Notes: generated by a model from the letters alone, not told the origin. 56,609 bases of DNA from an uncultured Clostridium sp. (GCA_946496575.1 CAMMHE010000005.1:1-56609); one strand, 5' to 3'; counted from the stretch's first letter, positions 44,803 to 55,392 are shown. A program made the numbers and translations.

Positions 44803-46446
44803 ATGGATGTAAGAAAAAGACAACCAATAGGAATAGAACTTGTAAAAAAAGGAATTGTAACAGAAAAAGAAATAGAAAGGGCACTTAATTATCAAAGAGA
44901 ACACCCAGACAAAAAAATAGGAGAAATATTACATATTTTAGAGTTATGTGATAGTACAACATTAATAAATGCAATAGGAGACATTATAGGTGTAAAAGGT
45001 ATAGTATTAAAAAGTGAAGATATAAAGATAAATGTATTAGAATACATTTCTTTGGAAATAGCTTTAAAAAATAAGATAATACCATTTGAAGTAGAAGGAG
45101 CTAAAATTAAAGTATGTTTTGCTGATACGACAAATACAAGAAATATGGAAAATATTAGGCTTTTAATGTTAAATAGAGGCCTAATAATGGAAAGTTATGT
45201 AACATTTTCTGGAATAATTGAAAATATATTAAAAAGTTTAGGAGGAAGCTCAAAAAATAATGCAAAAATGAGTTTAGTAGGACAAGAAGGAACTATGACA
45301 GCTTTACTAGACGAAATAATAAGAAATGCTATGGATAAAAGAGCAAGTGATATACATATAGAGCCATTAGAAAATGAAGTAAGGGTAAGATTTAGAATAG
45401 ATGGTGAACTTATAACAGAAGCAAGAGTTTCAAAAGATAGGCAAAGTCAATTAATTGGTAGATTAAAAGCAATATCAAATATGCATCAAGAAAAGCAAGA
45501 ATCACAAGATGGTAGAATCTTACTATATGACGATTACAATATACGTGTATCTTCTCAAAAAAACATTTATGGAGAAAAATTTGTATTAAGATTATTAAAA
45601 AAGGATTCAGATATAAGGAATATATTTGAACTTGGATATCCTGGTACAGAAAAAGAATTACATAGAAGCGTAAACAAAAGAAATAGTGTCACTGTAATTG
45701 CAGCACCTACAGGAGAAGGAAAAACAACAACATTATATAGTATAATAGATTTATTAAATAGACCTGAAGTAAATATAACAACAATAGAAGATCCGGTAGA
45801 AATAAGAATAGAAGGATTAAACCAAATTGAAATAGATAATAAATCAACATTTTCAGGATCTCTTAGAACAGTATTAAGACAAGATCCAGATATAATTTTA
45901 GTTGGAGAAATTCGTGATAACGAAACAGCAGAAATAGCAATGCAAGCAGGACAAACAGGACATTATGTATTATCTACAATACACACAATAGATGCAATTG
46001 AAGTAATAACAAGATTAAGAAAAATAGGAATATCAAATTATGATATTGCAAGTACACTTGCAACTACAATTTCACAAAGATTAGTAAGAAGATTATGTCC
46101 AAAATGTAAGATTGAAAGAGAATTTACTCAAGAAGAAAAAGAGATAATTACTTCTTTAGGAGAAAAATACAATGTTGATTTTAAATTGCAAGGTGCAAAA
46201 ACATATGATGCAATAGGATGCCCATATTGCAATAATACCGGATATTATGAAAGAATAGGAATATTTGAAATATTAGACATAACAGATGATTTAAAAGAAC
46301 TTATAATGAATAATGCATCAAGTATAGAAATAAGAAAAAAAGCTTTAGAAGGTAAATATAGACCATTATTAATTGATGGAATTCATAAAGTAATAAATGG
46401 AATAACGAATTTAAAAGAATTAAATAACAAGATATTAATATTTTAA
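44803..46446 (+). CDS. pilB: type IV pilus assembly (extension) ATPase PilB/GspE family
   Basis: 547 aa, N-terminal T2SSE_N-like domain, Walker A APTGEGKTTT, GEIRD, tetracysteine CPKC...CPYC. Confidence 0.92.
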   Translation: MDVRKRQPIGIELVKKGIVTEKEIERALNYQREHPDKKIGEILHILELCDSTTLINAIGDIIGVKGIVLKSEDIKINVLEYISLEIALKNKIIPFEVEGAKIKVCFADTTNTRNMENIRLLMLNRGLIMESYVTFSGIIENILKSLGGSSKNNAKMSLVGQEGTMTALLDEIIRNAMDKRASDIHIEPLENEVRVRFRIDGELITEARVSKDRQSQLIGRLKAISNMHQEKQESQDGRILLYDDYNIRVSSQKNIYGEKFVLRLLKKDSDIRNIFELGYPGTEKELHRSVNKRNSVTVIAAPTGEGKTTTLYSIIDLLNRPEVNITTIEDPVEIRIEGLNQIEIDNKSTFSGSLRTVLRQDPDIILVGEIRDNETAEIAMQAGQTGHYVLSTIHTIDAIEVITRLRKIGISNYDIASTLATTISQRLVRRLCPKCKIEREFTQEEKEIITSLGEKYNVDFKLQGAKTYDAIGCPYCNNTGYYERIGIFEILDITDDLKELIMNNASSIEIRKKALEGKYRPLLIDGIHKVINGITNLKELNNKILIF

Positions 46447-46514
46447 GTGAATAAAATATATCTATCATCAAAGAATTAAATTTTTATCACTAAATTTATG
46501 GAGGAAAATAGATT

Positions 46515-47627
46515 ATGATAAATTTAGATAATATATTAGATATTGCAATAAAAAGAGATGCATCAGATGTTCATTTGATTTCGGGAAATAAACCGATGCT
46601 TAGAATAGTAAGAGATCTAGTACCAATAGAAGAAATGGAAGAATTGAAAGACGATGATATGGCTGAAATATATGATGCTATAATAATGGGAAACATTGAT
46701 AAAGATCAAGTATTTAATGAAACCAGGAAATTAGATACATCATATGTATATCAAGGAATACGTTTAAGGGTAAATGTGTCATTATCAGATGGAGTTCAAT
46801 TATGTACATTAAGAATAATAAAAAATGAACTTCCAACATATGAAAGTCTAGGAGTACCAGACATAGTAAGAAGAATGACATATCAACCACAAGGGCTTAT
46901 ATTAGTAACAGGAAAAACAAACTCTGGAAAATCGACAACATTAAATGCTTTGATAAATTACATAAATGAAACACAAAATAAAAAAATATTAACACTAGAA
47001 AGTCCAATAGAGTACAAACATCATTCAAAAAAATCATTGATAGTTCAAAAAGAAGTTGGAAAAGGACAAGATTGTTTAACATATCATGATGGAGTAAAGA
47101 ATGCTTTAAGAGAAGACTGTGATATACTTGTAATAGGAGAAATAAGGGATAAAGTTACAATGGAGGCAGCAATAGAAATGGCAGAATCTGGACATTTAGT
47201 TATAGGAACACTACATACGAAATCATGTGCAGAAACAGTAGATAGAATGATAAATTTTTATGAAGTTAGAGATCAAGCACAAATAAAGTATTTATTATCT
47301 TCTTTATTAAAGTTAGTAGTATCACAAAGATTGTTAAAAGGAACAGATGGAAATTTAGTATTAGTACCAGAAGTAATGGTAGTAGATAATATAGTTGCAG
47401 GAACAATTAGAAAAGAAAAAATAAGTGTATCAGAAATAGAAGATGCAATTCAAAGTGCTTCAGAAAAGGGAAGTATAGGACTAATAAATTCAATAGCACA
47501 ATTATTTGTAGAAGAAAAGATCACATTAGAACAGGCAAAATCGCAAATAGAAGAAAAAAATATAGAAACTCTAAATAGAACAATAATGCAATTAAGAATA
47601 AAAAGAGATAATATAAGTAATAGATAA
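46515..47627 (+). CDS. pilT: twitching-motility (retraction) ATPase PilT family
   Basis: 370 aa, ASDVHLISGNKPMLRI, Walker A GKTNSGKSTT, GEIRD, GHLVIGTLHT. Confidence 0.9.
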   Translation: MINLDNILDIAIKRDASDVHLISGNKPMLRIVRDLVPIEEMEELKDDDMAEIYDAIIMGNIDKDQVFNETRKLDTSYVYQGIRLRVNVSLSDGVQLCTLRIIKNELPTYESLGVPDIVRRMTYQPQGLILVTGKTNSGKSTTLNALINYINETQNKKILTLESPIEYKHHSKKSLIVQKEVGKGQDCLTYHDGVKNALREDCDILVIGEIRDKVTMEAAIEMAESGHLVIGTLHTKSCAETVDRMINFYEVRDQAQIKYLLSSLLKLVVSQRLLKGTDGNLVLVPEVMVVDNIVAGTIRKEKISVSEIEDAIQSASEKGSIGLINSIAQLFVEEKITLEQAKSQIEEKNIETLNRTIMQLRIKRDNISNR

Positions 47628-47667
47628 TAAGTGATCAAACTAAAAATAATAGAAGGGAGGTTTTATA

Positions 47668-49014
47668 ATGGCTATATACATATATAGAGGAATAACTGAA
47701 AATGGTCAAATGGTAAAGAATAAAGTAGAAGAAACAAGTAAACAAAGACTAATTAAAAGATTAAAAAATAATGGAATATTACCAATAGAAATTGTTCAAA
47801 CAGCTTATAAAGGTAGAAATCAAAGAAAACAAAGAAAACGCAATACAACCGATATAGAAGAAATAATGAAAAATGTTAATACTACAAAACTAAATAAAAC
47901 AGATTCAAAAAGCCTTTCTACATATGAAAGAATAAGTATGTATCTAGGAGCAACAGAAAAAATTACACCTAGAGATATTGTAGTATTTACAAGAAATTTT
48001 TATTTACTAAAAAAAGCTAATTTTAATAATATTCATGCATTATCAACTATAATACAAAGTACAGAAAATATGACTTTTAGAAGTATATTAGAAGATATAT
48101 TAGCAGGTGTAGAAGCCGGAGACTATATGTATTCAACTATGGAATACTATTCAGATGTATTTCCATATATATATATAAATATGATAAAAGTAGGAGAATT
48201 ATCTGGATCACTTACAAATTCATTAAAACAAGCAGCAGATTATTTAGATGATACAGAGAAAATAAATAGAAAGCTAAAAAGTATATTAATACCTAATATC
48301 ATACAATTTGTTGGATTATTAATATTACTATTTGCAGGAACAATATTTGCAATTCCACAAATACAAACATTATTTGACGAAATAGGAACAGAAACAGAAT
48401 TGCCAAAAGTAACAATATGGTTTTCTGGAGTAGTAGATAATATTATGGCATTCTGGTATATCCCAGTTATTATTATATCTATTATAGTAGCTTCAATATT
48501 GGTATATATACGAACACTTAAAGGAAAATATAATTATCATTATTTCAAATATACAATGCCGATATTTGGAAAATTAATATATGCATTAGATTTTTCAAGA
48601 CTAATGAAGGCAATGAGATTGAATTTACAAAATGGAATGAGAATACAAGATGCACTAGAGGTAAGTAAAAACGTAGTAAACAATTATGTAATGAGATCTA
48701 TTATAGAAACATCAATAAACAATATGCTAACTGGATATTCGTGGATAGAGCCATTTGAAAAAGCTGGTTTTTCATCAAAAATGACAACTGAAATGTTAAA
48801 AATAGGAATGCAAACAGATCTTACTGAAATGTTAGAAAAATTAATTGAGTATATGGATTTAGATATAGATATACAATTAGAAAGGATAATGAAAGTATTA
48901 CCACAAATAGTATATATTATAGTAGGAATTGTATTAATATTCTTTGTAGTAGTAGTGCTTGTACCATGTATACAAGTTTATATGGGAGGATTCTTATTCC
49001 CGGCATACTTATAA
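47668..49014 (+). CDS. pilC: type IV pilus platform protein PilC (T2SS-F family)
   Basis: 448 aa, two T2SS-F repeats with three TM segments; position after pilB and pilT. Confidence 0.88.
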   Translation: MAIYIYRGITENGQMVKNKVEETSKQRLIKRLKNNGILPIEIVQTAYKGRNQRKQRKRNTTDIEEIMKNVNTTKLNKTDSKSLSTYERISMYLGATEKITPRDIVVFTRNFYLLKKANFNNIHALSTIIQSTENMTFRSILEDILAGVEAGDYMYSTMEYYSDVFPYIYINMIKVGELSGSLTNSLKQAADYLDDTEKINRKLKSILIPNIIQFVGLLILLFAGTIFAIPQIQTLFDEIGTETELPKVTIWFSGVVDNIMAFWYIPVIIISIIVASILVYIRTLKGKYNYHYFKYTMPIFGKLIYALDFSRLMKAMRLNLQNGMRIQDALEVSKNVVNNYVMRSIIETSINNMLTGYSWIEPFEKAGFSSKMTTEMLKIGMQTDLTEMLEKLIEYMDLDIDIQLERIMKVLPQIVYIIVGIVLIFFVVVVLVPCIQVYMGGFLFPAYL

Positions 49015-49053
49015 ATCGTAACAAGATAAATATTAAAATATATAATTTTACTA

Positions 49054-49083
49054 AGTGGGACAAATTATCTTGTCTCACTTTTT
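49054..49083 (+). terminator. rho-independent terminator of the pilus operon
   Basis: AGTGGGACAA-ATTATC-TTGTCTCACT followed by TTTT. Confidence 0.75.
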
Positions 49084-49116
49084 ATATTGATAAATGTTTG
49101 GAGGAAAATGTAATAA

Positions 49117-50062
49117 ATGAAAATTGGAATAGATTTACGGTGGAAGCCATATATCAATTGCAGTAATAGAAAATGGTAAAGTGATAAATAAAATTGAGAA
49201 TGAAATAACGGAAATAGATAAATTAAATATTACAGAAATAATTGAACAAACAATAGTTGAAAATATAAATAATATATTAAAAAATGTTACAGAAAAAGAC
49301 ATATGTAATAATAAAATAGAATCAATAGGGATAGCAGTACCAGGGACAGTGAAAGATGGAAGCATTATAAAATGTGTAAATCTAGGAATTAAAAATTACA
49401 ATATAGTAGAAAAATTAAATAAACTATTAAATCAATATATAGATACTTCAATTAATATAAAATTACAAAATGACGCAAAATGTGCAGCTATAGCAGAGAA
49501 TAAATATGGTGCATTACAAGAATATGATGATTCAATATTTTTAACATTAGGTACAGGGATTGGAGGAGCAGTTATTAAATCTAATGAATTGCTTGAAGGC
49601 AAGTTATTTTCAGGGTATGAATTTGGTCATATGATAATAAATCCTAATGGGCCTATATGTAATTGTGGGAAAAATGGATGTTTCGAATTGTATGGTAGTA
49701 TGAAAAAATTTAAGGATATGTTAAAACAAAAACTAGAATTAAATGAATTTACAACGGGAGAGCAGCTTTTTGAAATATTAAAATATGGTATAATTCTAAA
49801 TAAAAATCGCGAGAAAATAAATGAAGTTATAGAAACATTTACATGGGATCTTGCAGTAGGAATTTCAAACTTAATAAATATTTTTGAACCAGAAGCAATT
49901 GGAATTGGTGGCAGTTTTTCATATTTTGAAGAGTTCTTATTGCAAAAACTTAAAAATAATATAATATGTGGAAATTTGCTATTTAATCCAAGAGATGATA
50001 TAATAATAAAATCGGCTTTATTAAAAAACGATGCCGGAATAATAGGAGCAAGTATGCTATAG
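49117..50062 (+). pseudogene. ROK-family sugar kinase (glucokinase-like) with +1-nt frameshift after codon 7
   Basis: ATG 49117 gives MKIGIDL then a stop 14 codons later. The +1 frame from 49139 continues GGSHISIAVIENGKVINK... to 50062 with the GHMIINPNGPICNCGKNGCFE ROK zinc motif. Confidence 0.8.
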
Positions 50063-50088
50063 AATTGTGGCAAAATGGAGGTAACATA

Positions 50089-51420
50089 GTGAAGAACAAA
50101 AAAGTAGCAATTTTAACATTAGGCTGTAAGGTAAATCAGTATGAATCAAACGCAATTGTGGCAAAATTTCTAGAGGCTGGATATCAAATAATAGAAAAAT
50201 TTGCAGAAGCAGATATTTGCGTAATAAATACATGTAGTGTAACAAATATATCTGATAGGAAATCACGACAGTCAATAAGAAAAATTAGAGAAAGTAATAA
50301 AAATGCAATTATAGTAGTAACTGGATGTTATGCACAAGTGGCTAAAGATACAATAGCTAAAATGACAGAAGTAAATTTAGTGATAGGAAATAATGAAAAA
50401 AAAGACATAGTAAAATATGTTGAACAAATGCAAAATAATTATAGTATGCATTCTAATGAAAATAAAATTATAGAAGTACAAGATACATTTAAACCAAAAG
50501 AATTTTCAGATTTTGGAATAACAATACATAATGAAAAAGCTAGGGCATCAATCAAAGTACAAGATGGGTGTGATAGATTTTGCTCATATTGTATAATACC
50601 ATATGCTAGGGGGCGAGTAAGGAGTAGAAAGCCAGAAAGTATAATATCAGAAATAGAGGACATAGTTCAAAAAGGAATCAAAGAAGTAATTATAACAGGT
50701 ATACATATAGCATCATATGGTAAAGATTTCAAAGATAATTTATATGGATATAAATTAATTGATTTATTAGAAGAAATTAATAATATAAATGGAATAGAAA
50801 GAATTAGATTAGGTTCTATAGAACCAACATTAATAACTAATGATTTCTTATTAAGATTAGTTAAGTTAAATAAAATATGTCATCATTTTCATTTATCATT
50901 GCAAAGTGGCTGTGATGAAACATTAAAAAGAATGAATAGACAATATAGTATTAATGAATTTAGTGAAGTTGTAAAAAAGTTAAGGGATACATATGAAGAT
51001 GTAGTATTGACTACAGATATTATAGTTGGTTTTCCAGGAGAAACAAAAGAAGAATTTGAAAAAACTTATAATTTTTTAAGTCAAATAAAATTTTATAAAA
51101 TGCACGTTTTTCCTTATTCAGCAAGAAAAGGAACAAAAGCAGCTGAAATGGAAAATCAAATTGATGGAACAGAAAAAGAAAAAAGAAGTAAAATCTTAAT
51201 AGAGTTATCAAATAAAAACGAATTAGAATACAATAAATTATACATTGGTAAAGTTGTTGAAATATTAGTTGAAGAGGACAAAAAAGGGCATACTGGAAAT
51301 TACATATTGGTAAAAGTTCATGAAAATGATAAAAAATGTAACATTATTGAGAATGAAATAGTAAAGTGCAAAATTGTAAATGTAAATCAACAATTTTTAG
51401 ATGGAATTATTATAAATTAA
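50089..51420 (+). CDS. mtaB: tRNA (t6A37) methylthiotransferase MtaB (radical SAM)
   Basis: GTG 50089 after GGAGGT (ORF opens at 50065). KVAILTLGCKVNQYES, radical-SAM CDRFCSYCIIP, TRAM-like C-terminus. Confidence 0.88.
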   Translation: MKNKKVAILTLGCKVNQYESNAIVAKFLEAGYQIIEKFAEADICVINTCSVTNISDRKSRQSIRKIRESNKNAIIVVTGCYAQVAKDTIAKMTEVNLVIGNNEKKDIVKYVEQMQNNYSMHSNENKIIEVQDTFKPKEFSDFGITIHNEKARASIKVQDGCDRFCSYCIIPYARGRVRSRKPESIISEIEDIVQKGIKEVIITGIHIASYGKDFKDNLYGYKLIDLLEEINNINGIERIRLGSIEPTLITNDFLLRLVKLNKICHHFHLSLQSGCDETLKRMNRQYSINEFSEVVKKLRDTYEDVVLTTDIIVGFPGETKEEFEKTYNFLSQIKFYKMHVFPYSARKGTKAAEMENQIDGTEKEKRSKILIELSNKNELEYNKLYIGKVVEILVEEDKKGHTGNYILVKVHENDKKCNIIENEIVKCKIVNVNQQFLDGIIIN

Positions 51421-51485
51421 AAAAAGCGTAATAAAATTGTAATATTCATGTAATAAATATTTAATATTTAAATATGTAAAAAATA

Positions 51486-51514
51486 TTGATAATTGGCAAA
51501 AAATGTAGTATAAA
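51486..51514 (+). promoter_or_regulatory. candidate SigA-type promoter
   Basis: TTGATA-17 nt-TATAAA upstream of the 51556 ORF. Confidence 0.4.
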
Positions 51515-51555
51515 TATAAAAAAGACTTATAAGAAAAAACAAAGGAGGAAATAAG

Positions 51556-51882
51556 ATGGCAGATATAAATGAAGAGGTAAAAGTAACAAACGGAGTTTAT
51601 GGTGGAGTATCAGTACAAAATAATGGAGAAGAAGCTAATGGATTTAATGCCGAAAATGATGTAGTAATTTCATCAAATGTAGGAAATGCACTACCAGCTA
51701 AAACAGGATTTTGGTCAAAATTAAAAGCAGTATTATTTTATGATATAAAAGTAGAATTAACACCATATCAACAAAAAGTGGAAAACGAGATTAATGAATT
51801 TTTACATCAAGAAATTACATGGGCTAAAGTTAAAGATTTTCTATTTCAAGAAGTAACTTTTGGAAAAAAATCTAAAGTTTAA
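51556..51882 (+). CDS. hypothetical protein
   Basis: 108-aa ORF with AAGGAGG RBS and its own terminator; no recognisable family. Confidence 0.55.
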   Translation: MADINEEVKVTNGVYGGVSVQNNGEEANGFNAENDVVISSNVGNALPAKTGFWSKLKAVLFYDIKVELTPYQQKVENEINEFLHQEITWAKVKDFLFQEVTFGKKSKV

Positions 51883-51900
51883 TAATAAAATTACTATTTT

Positions 51901-51929
51901 AGAGCAGAACATACTGCTCTATTTTTTTT
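51901..51929 (+). terminator. rho-independent terminator
   Basis: AGAGCAG-AACATA-CTGCTCT followed by T8. Confidence 0.8.
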
Positions 51930-52050
51930 GAAAAAATATGTGAAATCTGTTCTTTAAGAAAAAACAGCTTAAAACTATTGAAATAGAATAAGTTTTATGA
52001 TATTTTAAAAAAAACTTAAATAAAAGCATAGGAGGAATAAACATAATAGT

Positions 52051-53412
52051 ATGTCAAAATCAAAAACAATATTTGTTTGTAATGAATGTGGATATGAATC
52101 AGCAAAGTGGCTTGGGAAATGTCCAGCATGTGATAGCTGGAATAGCTTTTTTGAACAAAAAATAGAAGGAAATATTAAATTAGGAAGAAATGAAAAAAAA
52201 GAAATTAATATTCCTAAAGCATTAAATACATATAAAGGAGAAGAAAAATTAAGAATTTCTACTGGATTTTTAGAGGCAGATAGAGTATTAGGTGGAGGAC
52301 TTGTAAAGGGATCTTTAATATTACTTGGTGGAGAACCAGGAATAGGAAAATCTACATTAATATTACAAATTTGTGATAAAGTAAAAGGAGAAGGAAAAGT
52401 TCTATATGTATCTGGAGAAGAATCAGCAGATCAAATAAAATTAAGAGCAGATAGATTAAGAATTAATAATGATGATATAATGTTTCTTGGAGAAACAGAT
52501 ATTGAAATTGTAAATCAAGCCATAATTGATATAAATCCAAAACTTGTAATAATAGATTCAATACAAACGATGTATTCAGACGAATTATCAGCAGCAGCTG
52601 GAAGTGTAAGCCAGGTACGTGAAATTACTGCACAAGTAATGCGAATTTGTAAGTCTAGATCAATAACTACTATAATAATAGGTCATGTAACAAAAGAAGG
52701 AAACATAGCTGGACCTAGAGTACTAGAACATATGGTAGATACAGTATTATATTTAGAAGGAGAAAGGTATTTTTCATATAGGATATTAAGAGGAGTAAAA
52801 AATAGATTTGGATCAACAAATGAAATAGGAATGTTTGAAATGAAACAAGAAGGGATGTGTGAAATATTAAATCCATCAGATATATTAATTTCGGATAGAG
52901 AAGATAATCCATCAGGTTCATGTATTGTATCGAGTATGGAAGGAACAAGACCTATTTTAGTTGAATTACAAGCATTAACATCAAAGAGTGTTTTTGGATT
53001 TCCAAAGAGAGCAGCTAATGGTATAGATTTTAATAGATTAGCATTACTTATAGCAGTATTAGAAGAAAAAGTAGGAATGATGATTGGAACACAAGATGTA
53101 TATTTAAACGTAGTAGGAGGCATGAAAATAAATGAACCAGCTTTAGATTTAGGAATAATATGTGTAGTAGCATCTAGCTTTAAAAACATTCCTATAGAAA
53201 AAAGTACAGTAATAATGGGAGAAGTAGGATTAACTGGAGAGGTAAGAAGAATAAATTTAATCGAAAAAAGAATAAAAGAAGCGGAAAAACTTGGATTTAA
53301 AACATGCATAATACCAGAAAGTAATAAAAAGGTATTGAAAGATAAATATAAATTAGATATAATAGGCGTGAAAAATATACAAGAAGCAATGAGAAAATTA
53401 GGGTTAAAATAA
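52051..53412 (+). CDS. radA: DNA repair protein RadA/Sms
   Basis: 453 aa, zinc finger CNECGYES..W.GKCPAC, Walker A GGEPGIGKST, KNRFG motif, Lon-like C-terminal domain. Confidence 0.95.
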   Translation: MSKSKTIFVCNECGYESAKWLGKCPACDSWNSFFEQKIEGNIKLGRNEKKEINIPKALNTYKGEEKLRISTGFLEADRVLGGGLVKGSLILLGGEPGIGKSTLILQICDKVKGEGKVLYVSGEESADQIKLRADRLRINNDDIMFLGETDIEIVNQAIIDINPKLVIIDSIQTMYSDELSAAAGSVSQVREITAQVMRICKSRSITTIIIGHVTKEGNIAGPRVLEHMVDTVLYLEGERYFSYRILRGVKNRFGSTNEIGMFEMKQEGMCEILNPSDILISDREDNPSGSCIVSSMEGTRPILVELQALTSKSVFGFPKRAANGIDFNRLALLIAVLEEKVGMMIGTQDVYLNVVGGMKINEPALDLGIICVVASSFKNIPIEKSTVIMGEVGLTGEVRRINLIEKRIKEAEKLGFKTCIIPESNKKVLKDKYKLDIIGVKNIQEAMRKLGLK

Positions 53413-53456
53413 AAAAACAAAATATTAAAATTTAAACACAAAAAGAGGTGAGAAGA

Positions 53457-54539
53457 GTGCAAAACAAAGATGAGAATATATCAGAAGTATTAAAAAAAAT
53501 TTCACCAGGGACTTCTATAAGAGATGGTCTGGAAAACATATTAAGAGCAAAAACAGGAGCATTATTATTAATAACAGATAATCAAGAAATAATAAAGCAA
53601 GTAGTTGATGGTGGTTTTTATATTAATGAAGATTATACATCATCAAAATTATATGAATTAGCAAAAATGGATGGAGCTATAGTATTAAGTGGGGATTTTA
53701 AGAAAATATTATTTGCAAATGCACAATTAATACCATCACACGAAATACAAACAGTAGAAACTGGAACAAGACATAGAACAGCAGAAAGAACTGCAAAACA
53801 GACAGGAGAATTAGTAATAAGTATTTCTCAAAGAAGAAATATAATAACAGTATTTAAGGGAAATTCAAGATATATATTAGAAGATACAGAATCAGTACTA
53901 AATAAAGCGAATCAAGCATTACAAACACTTGAAAAATACAAAAAAGTATTTGACAGTAAATTAAGTATATTAAATGAATATGAATTTAACGATATTGTTA
54001 CTTTAGATAATGTTTTGACCGTAATACAAAGAGCTGAAATGGTAATGAGAATAGTGGATGAAATAAATAATAATATATATGAACTTGGAGCAGATGGAAG
54101 ATTGGTAAGCATGCAATTACAGGAATTAATAGGAGGACTACAAAAAGAAGAAGAGCTTATTGTAAAAGATTATGTAATACTAAATAAAAAGCATAATATT
54201 CATATAGAAGATATATTGGCAGAGCTTTCAAACTTATCATATGAAGAATTGAGAGACCTTCAAAATATTGCTAAAGTAATAAAATATGAATTTGTAAATA
54301 GTTATGAAGATGTAGCAGTATATCCAAAAGGATATAGAATATTGAATAAAGTACCAAGAATGCCGGTAAATATTGTAGAAAATTTAGTAAAGTCATTTAA
54401 ATCTTTTCAACATATATTGGCAGCAGAAATTGAAGATTTAGATGATGTAGAAGGAATTGGAGAAGTAAGGGCAAGAACAATTAAGCAGTCACTTCAAAGA
54501 ATGCAAGAACAATATGTATTTGAAAATATAAATGTGTAA
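53457..54539 (+). CDS. disA: DNA integrity scanning protein DisA (diadenylate cyclase)
   Basis: GTG 53457 is 8 nt after AAGAGG (in-frame GTG 53448 also possible). DAC domain (GALLLITD ... MDGAIVLS ... TGTRHRTAER), C-terminal HhH VEGIGEVRA; follows radA as usual. Confidence 0.92.
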   Translation: MQNKDENISEVLKKISPGTSIRDGLENILRAKTGALLLITDNQEIIKQVVDGGFYINEDYTSSKLYELAKMDGAIVLSGDFKKILFANAQLIPSHEIQTVETGTRHRTAERTAKQTGELVISISQRRNIITVFKGNSRYILEDTESVLNKANQALQTLEKYKKVFDSKLSILNEYEFNDIVTLDNVLTVIQRAEMVMRIVDEINNNIYELGADGRLVSMQLQELIGGLQKEEELIVKDYVILNKKHNIHIEDILAELSNLSYEELRDLQNIAKVIKYEFVNSYEDVAVYPKGYRILNKVPRMPVNIVENLVKSFKSFQHILAAEIEDLDDVEGIGEVRARTIKQSLQRMQEQYVFENINV

Positions 54540-54570
54540 AATAATATAAAAATTGAAAGGAAGTAGTAAA

Positions 54571-55392
54571 ATGAAAAGAAAACAAATATTAACAATAATA
54601 TCATTAATAGTTGTTATAGTATTAATAGCTACATTAAGTTATGGATATTATAGAAAATTAACAATGGAAGTAAAAAGGCCAATAGTAACAATGGAAATCG
54701 AAGGATATGGAATGATAAAATTGGAGTTATATCCAGAACAAGCACCAGATACAGTAGCAAATTTTATAGCTTTAGCCAATAATGGATTTTATAATGGAAC
54801 AACATTTCATAGAGTTGTAAAAGATTTTATGATTCAAGGTGGTGGATATGTTGTAACTGATTCTACAGATGATGAAACAGGAGAGACTAAACAAGAATTG
54901 ACTGTAAAATCTCCAACACTTTCAAATTTAGGAATACAAGTAAGAGAAGGACAAACAGATGCTAAATATTGTATAACAGGAGAGATGTTAGTAAATGGAT
55001 ATAATAACACTATTAAACATGAAGAAGGCGTTATTTCAATGGCAAGAGCAGACTATACAAGTTATTCTTCAACACTAACAGATGAATCATATAATTCTGC
55101 AACATCACAATTTTTTATAATGACTAAAGATAATCAAACTATAGATGGTCAATATGCAGCTTTTGGAAAAGTTATTGAAGGTCTTGATATTGTTCATAGT
55201 ATTGAAAATGCAGAAGTAAGGCCAGCTGAAGATGAAAATGATGAAGCAAGTGAACCTGTTAATAATATAGTAATAAAAACAGTAACAGTTGAAACATATG
55301 GTATAGATTATGGAAAACCAAAAACTATAGAGCCATGGAATTATTATACTTGGTTAAATAAAATGTATGGTATTGATTTAAATTCATATTAA
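54571..55392 (+). CDS. cyclophilin-type peptidyl-prolyl isomerase with N-terminal membrane anchor and internal insertion
   Basis: ATG 54571 after GAAAGGAAG. TM ILTIISLIVVIVLIATL, then APDTVANFIALANNGFYNGTTFHRVVKDFMIQGGG ... SQFFI. Confidence 0.88.
   Translation: MKRKQILTIISLIVVIVLIATLSYGYYRKLTMEVKRPIVTMEIEGYGMIKLELYPEQAPDTVANFIALANNGFYNGTTFHRVVKDFMIQGGGYVVTDSTDDETGETKQELTVKSPTLSNLGIQVREGQTDAKYCITGEMLVNGYNNTIKHEEGVISMARADYTSYSSTLTDESYNSATSQFFIMTKDNQTIDGQYAAFGKVIEGLDIVHSIENAEVRPAEDENDEASEPVNNIVIKTVTVETYGIDYGKPKTIEPWNYYTWLNKMYGIDLNSY

Noticed and set aside
48966-49166. 66-aa ORF bridging the pilC end and the ROK start
   Set aside because: It overlaps the pilC 3' end, the operon terminator and the true ROK N-terminus in another frame; there is no RBS.
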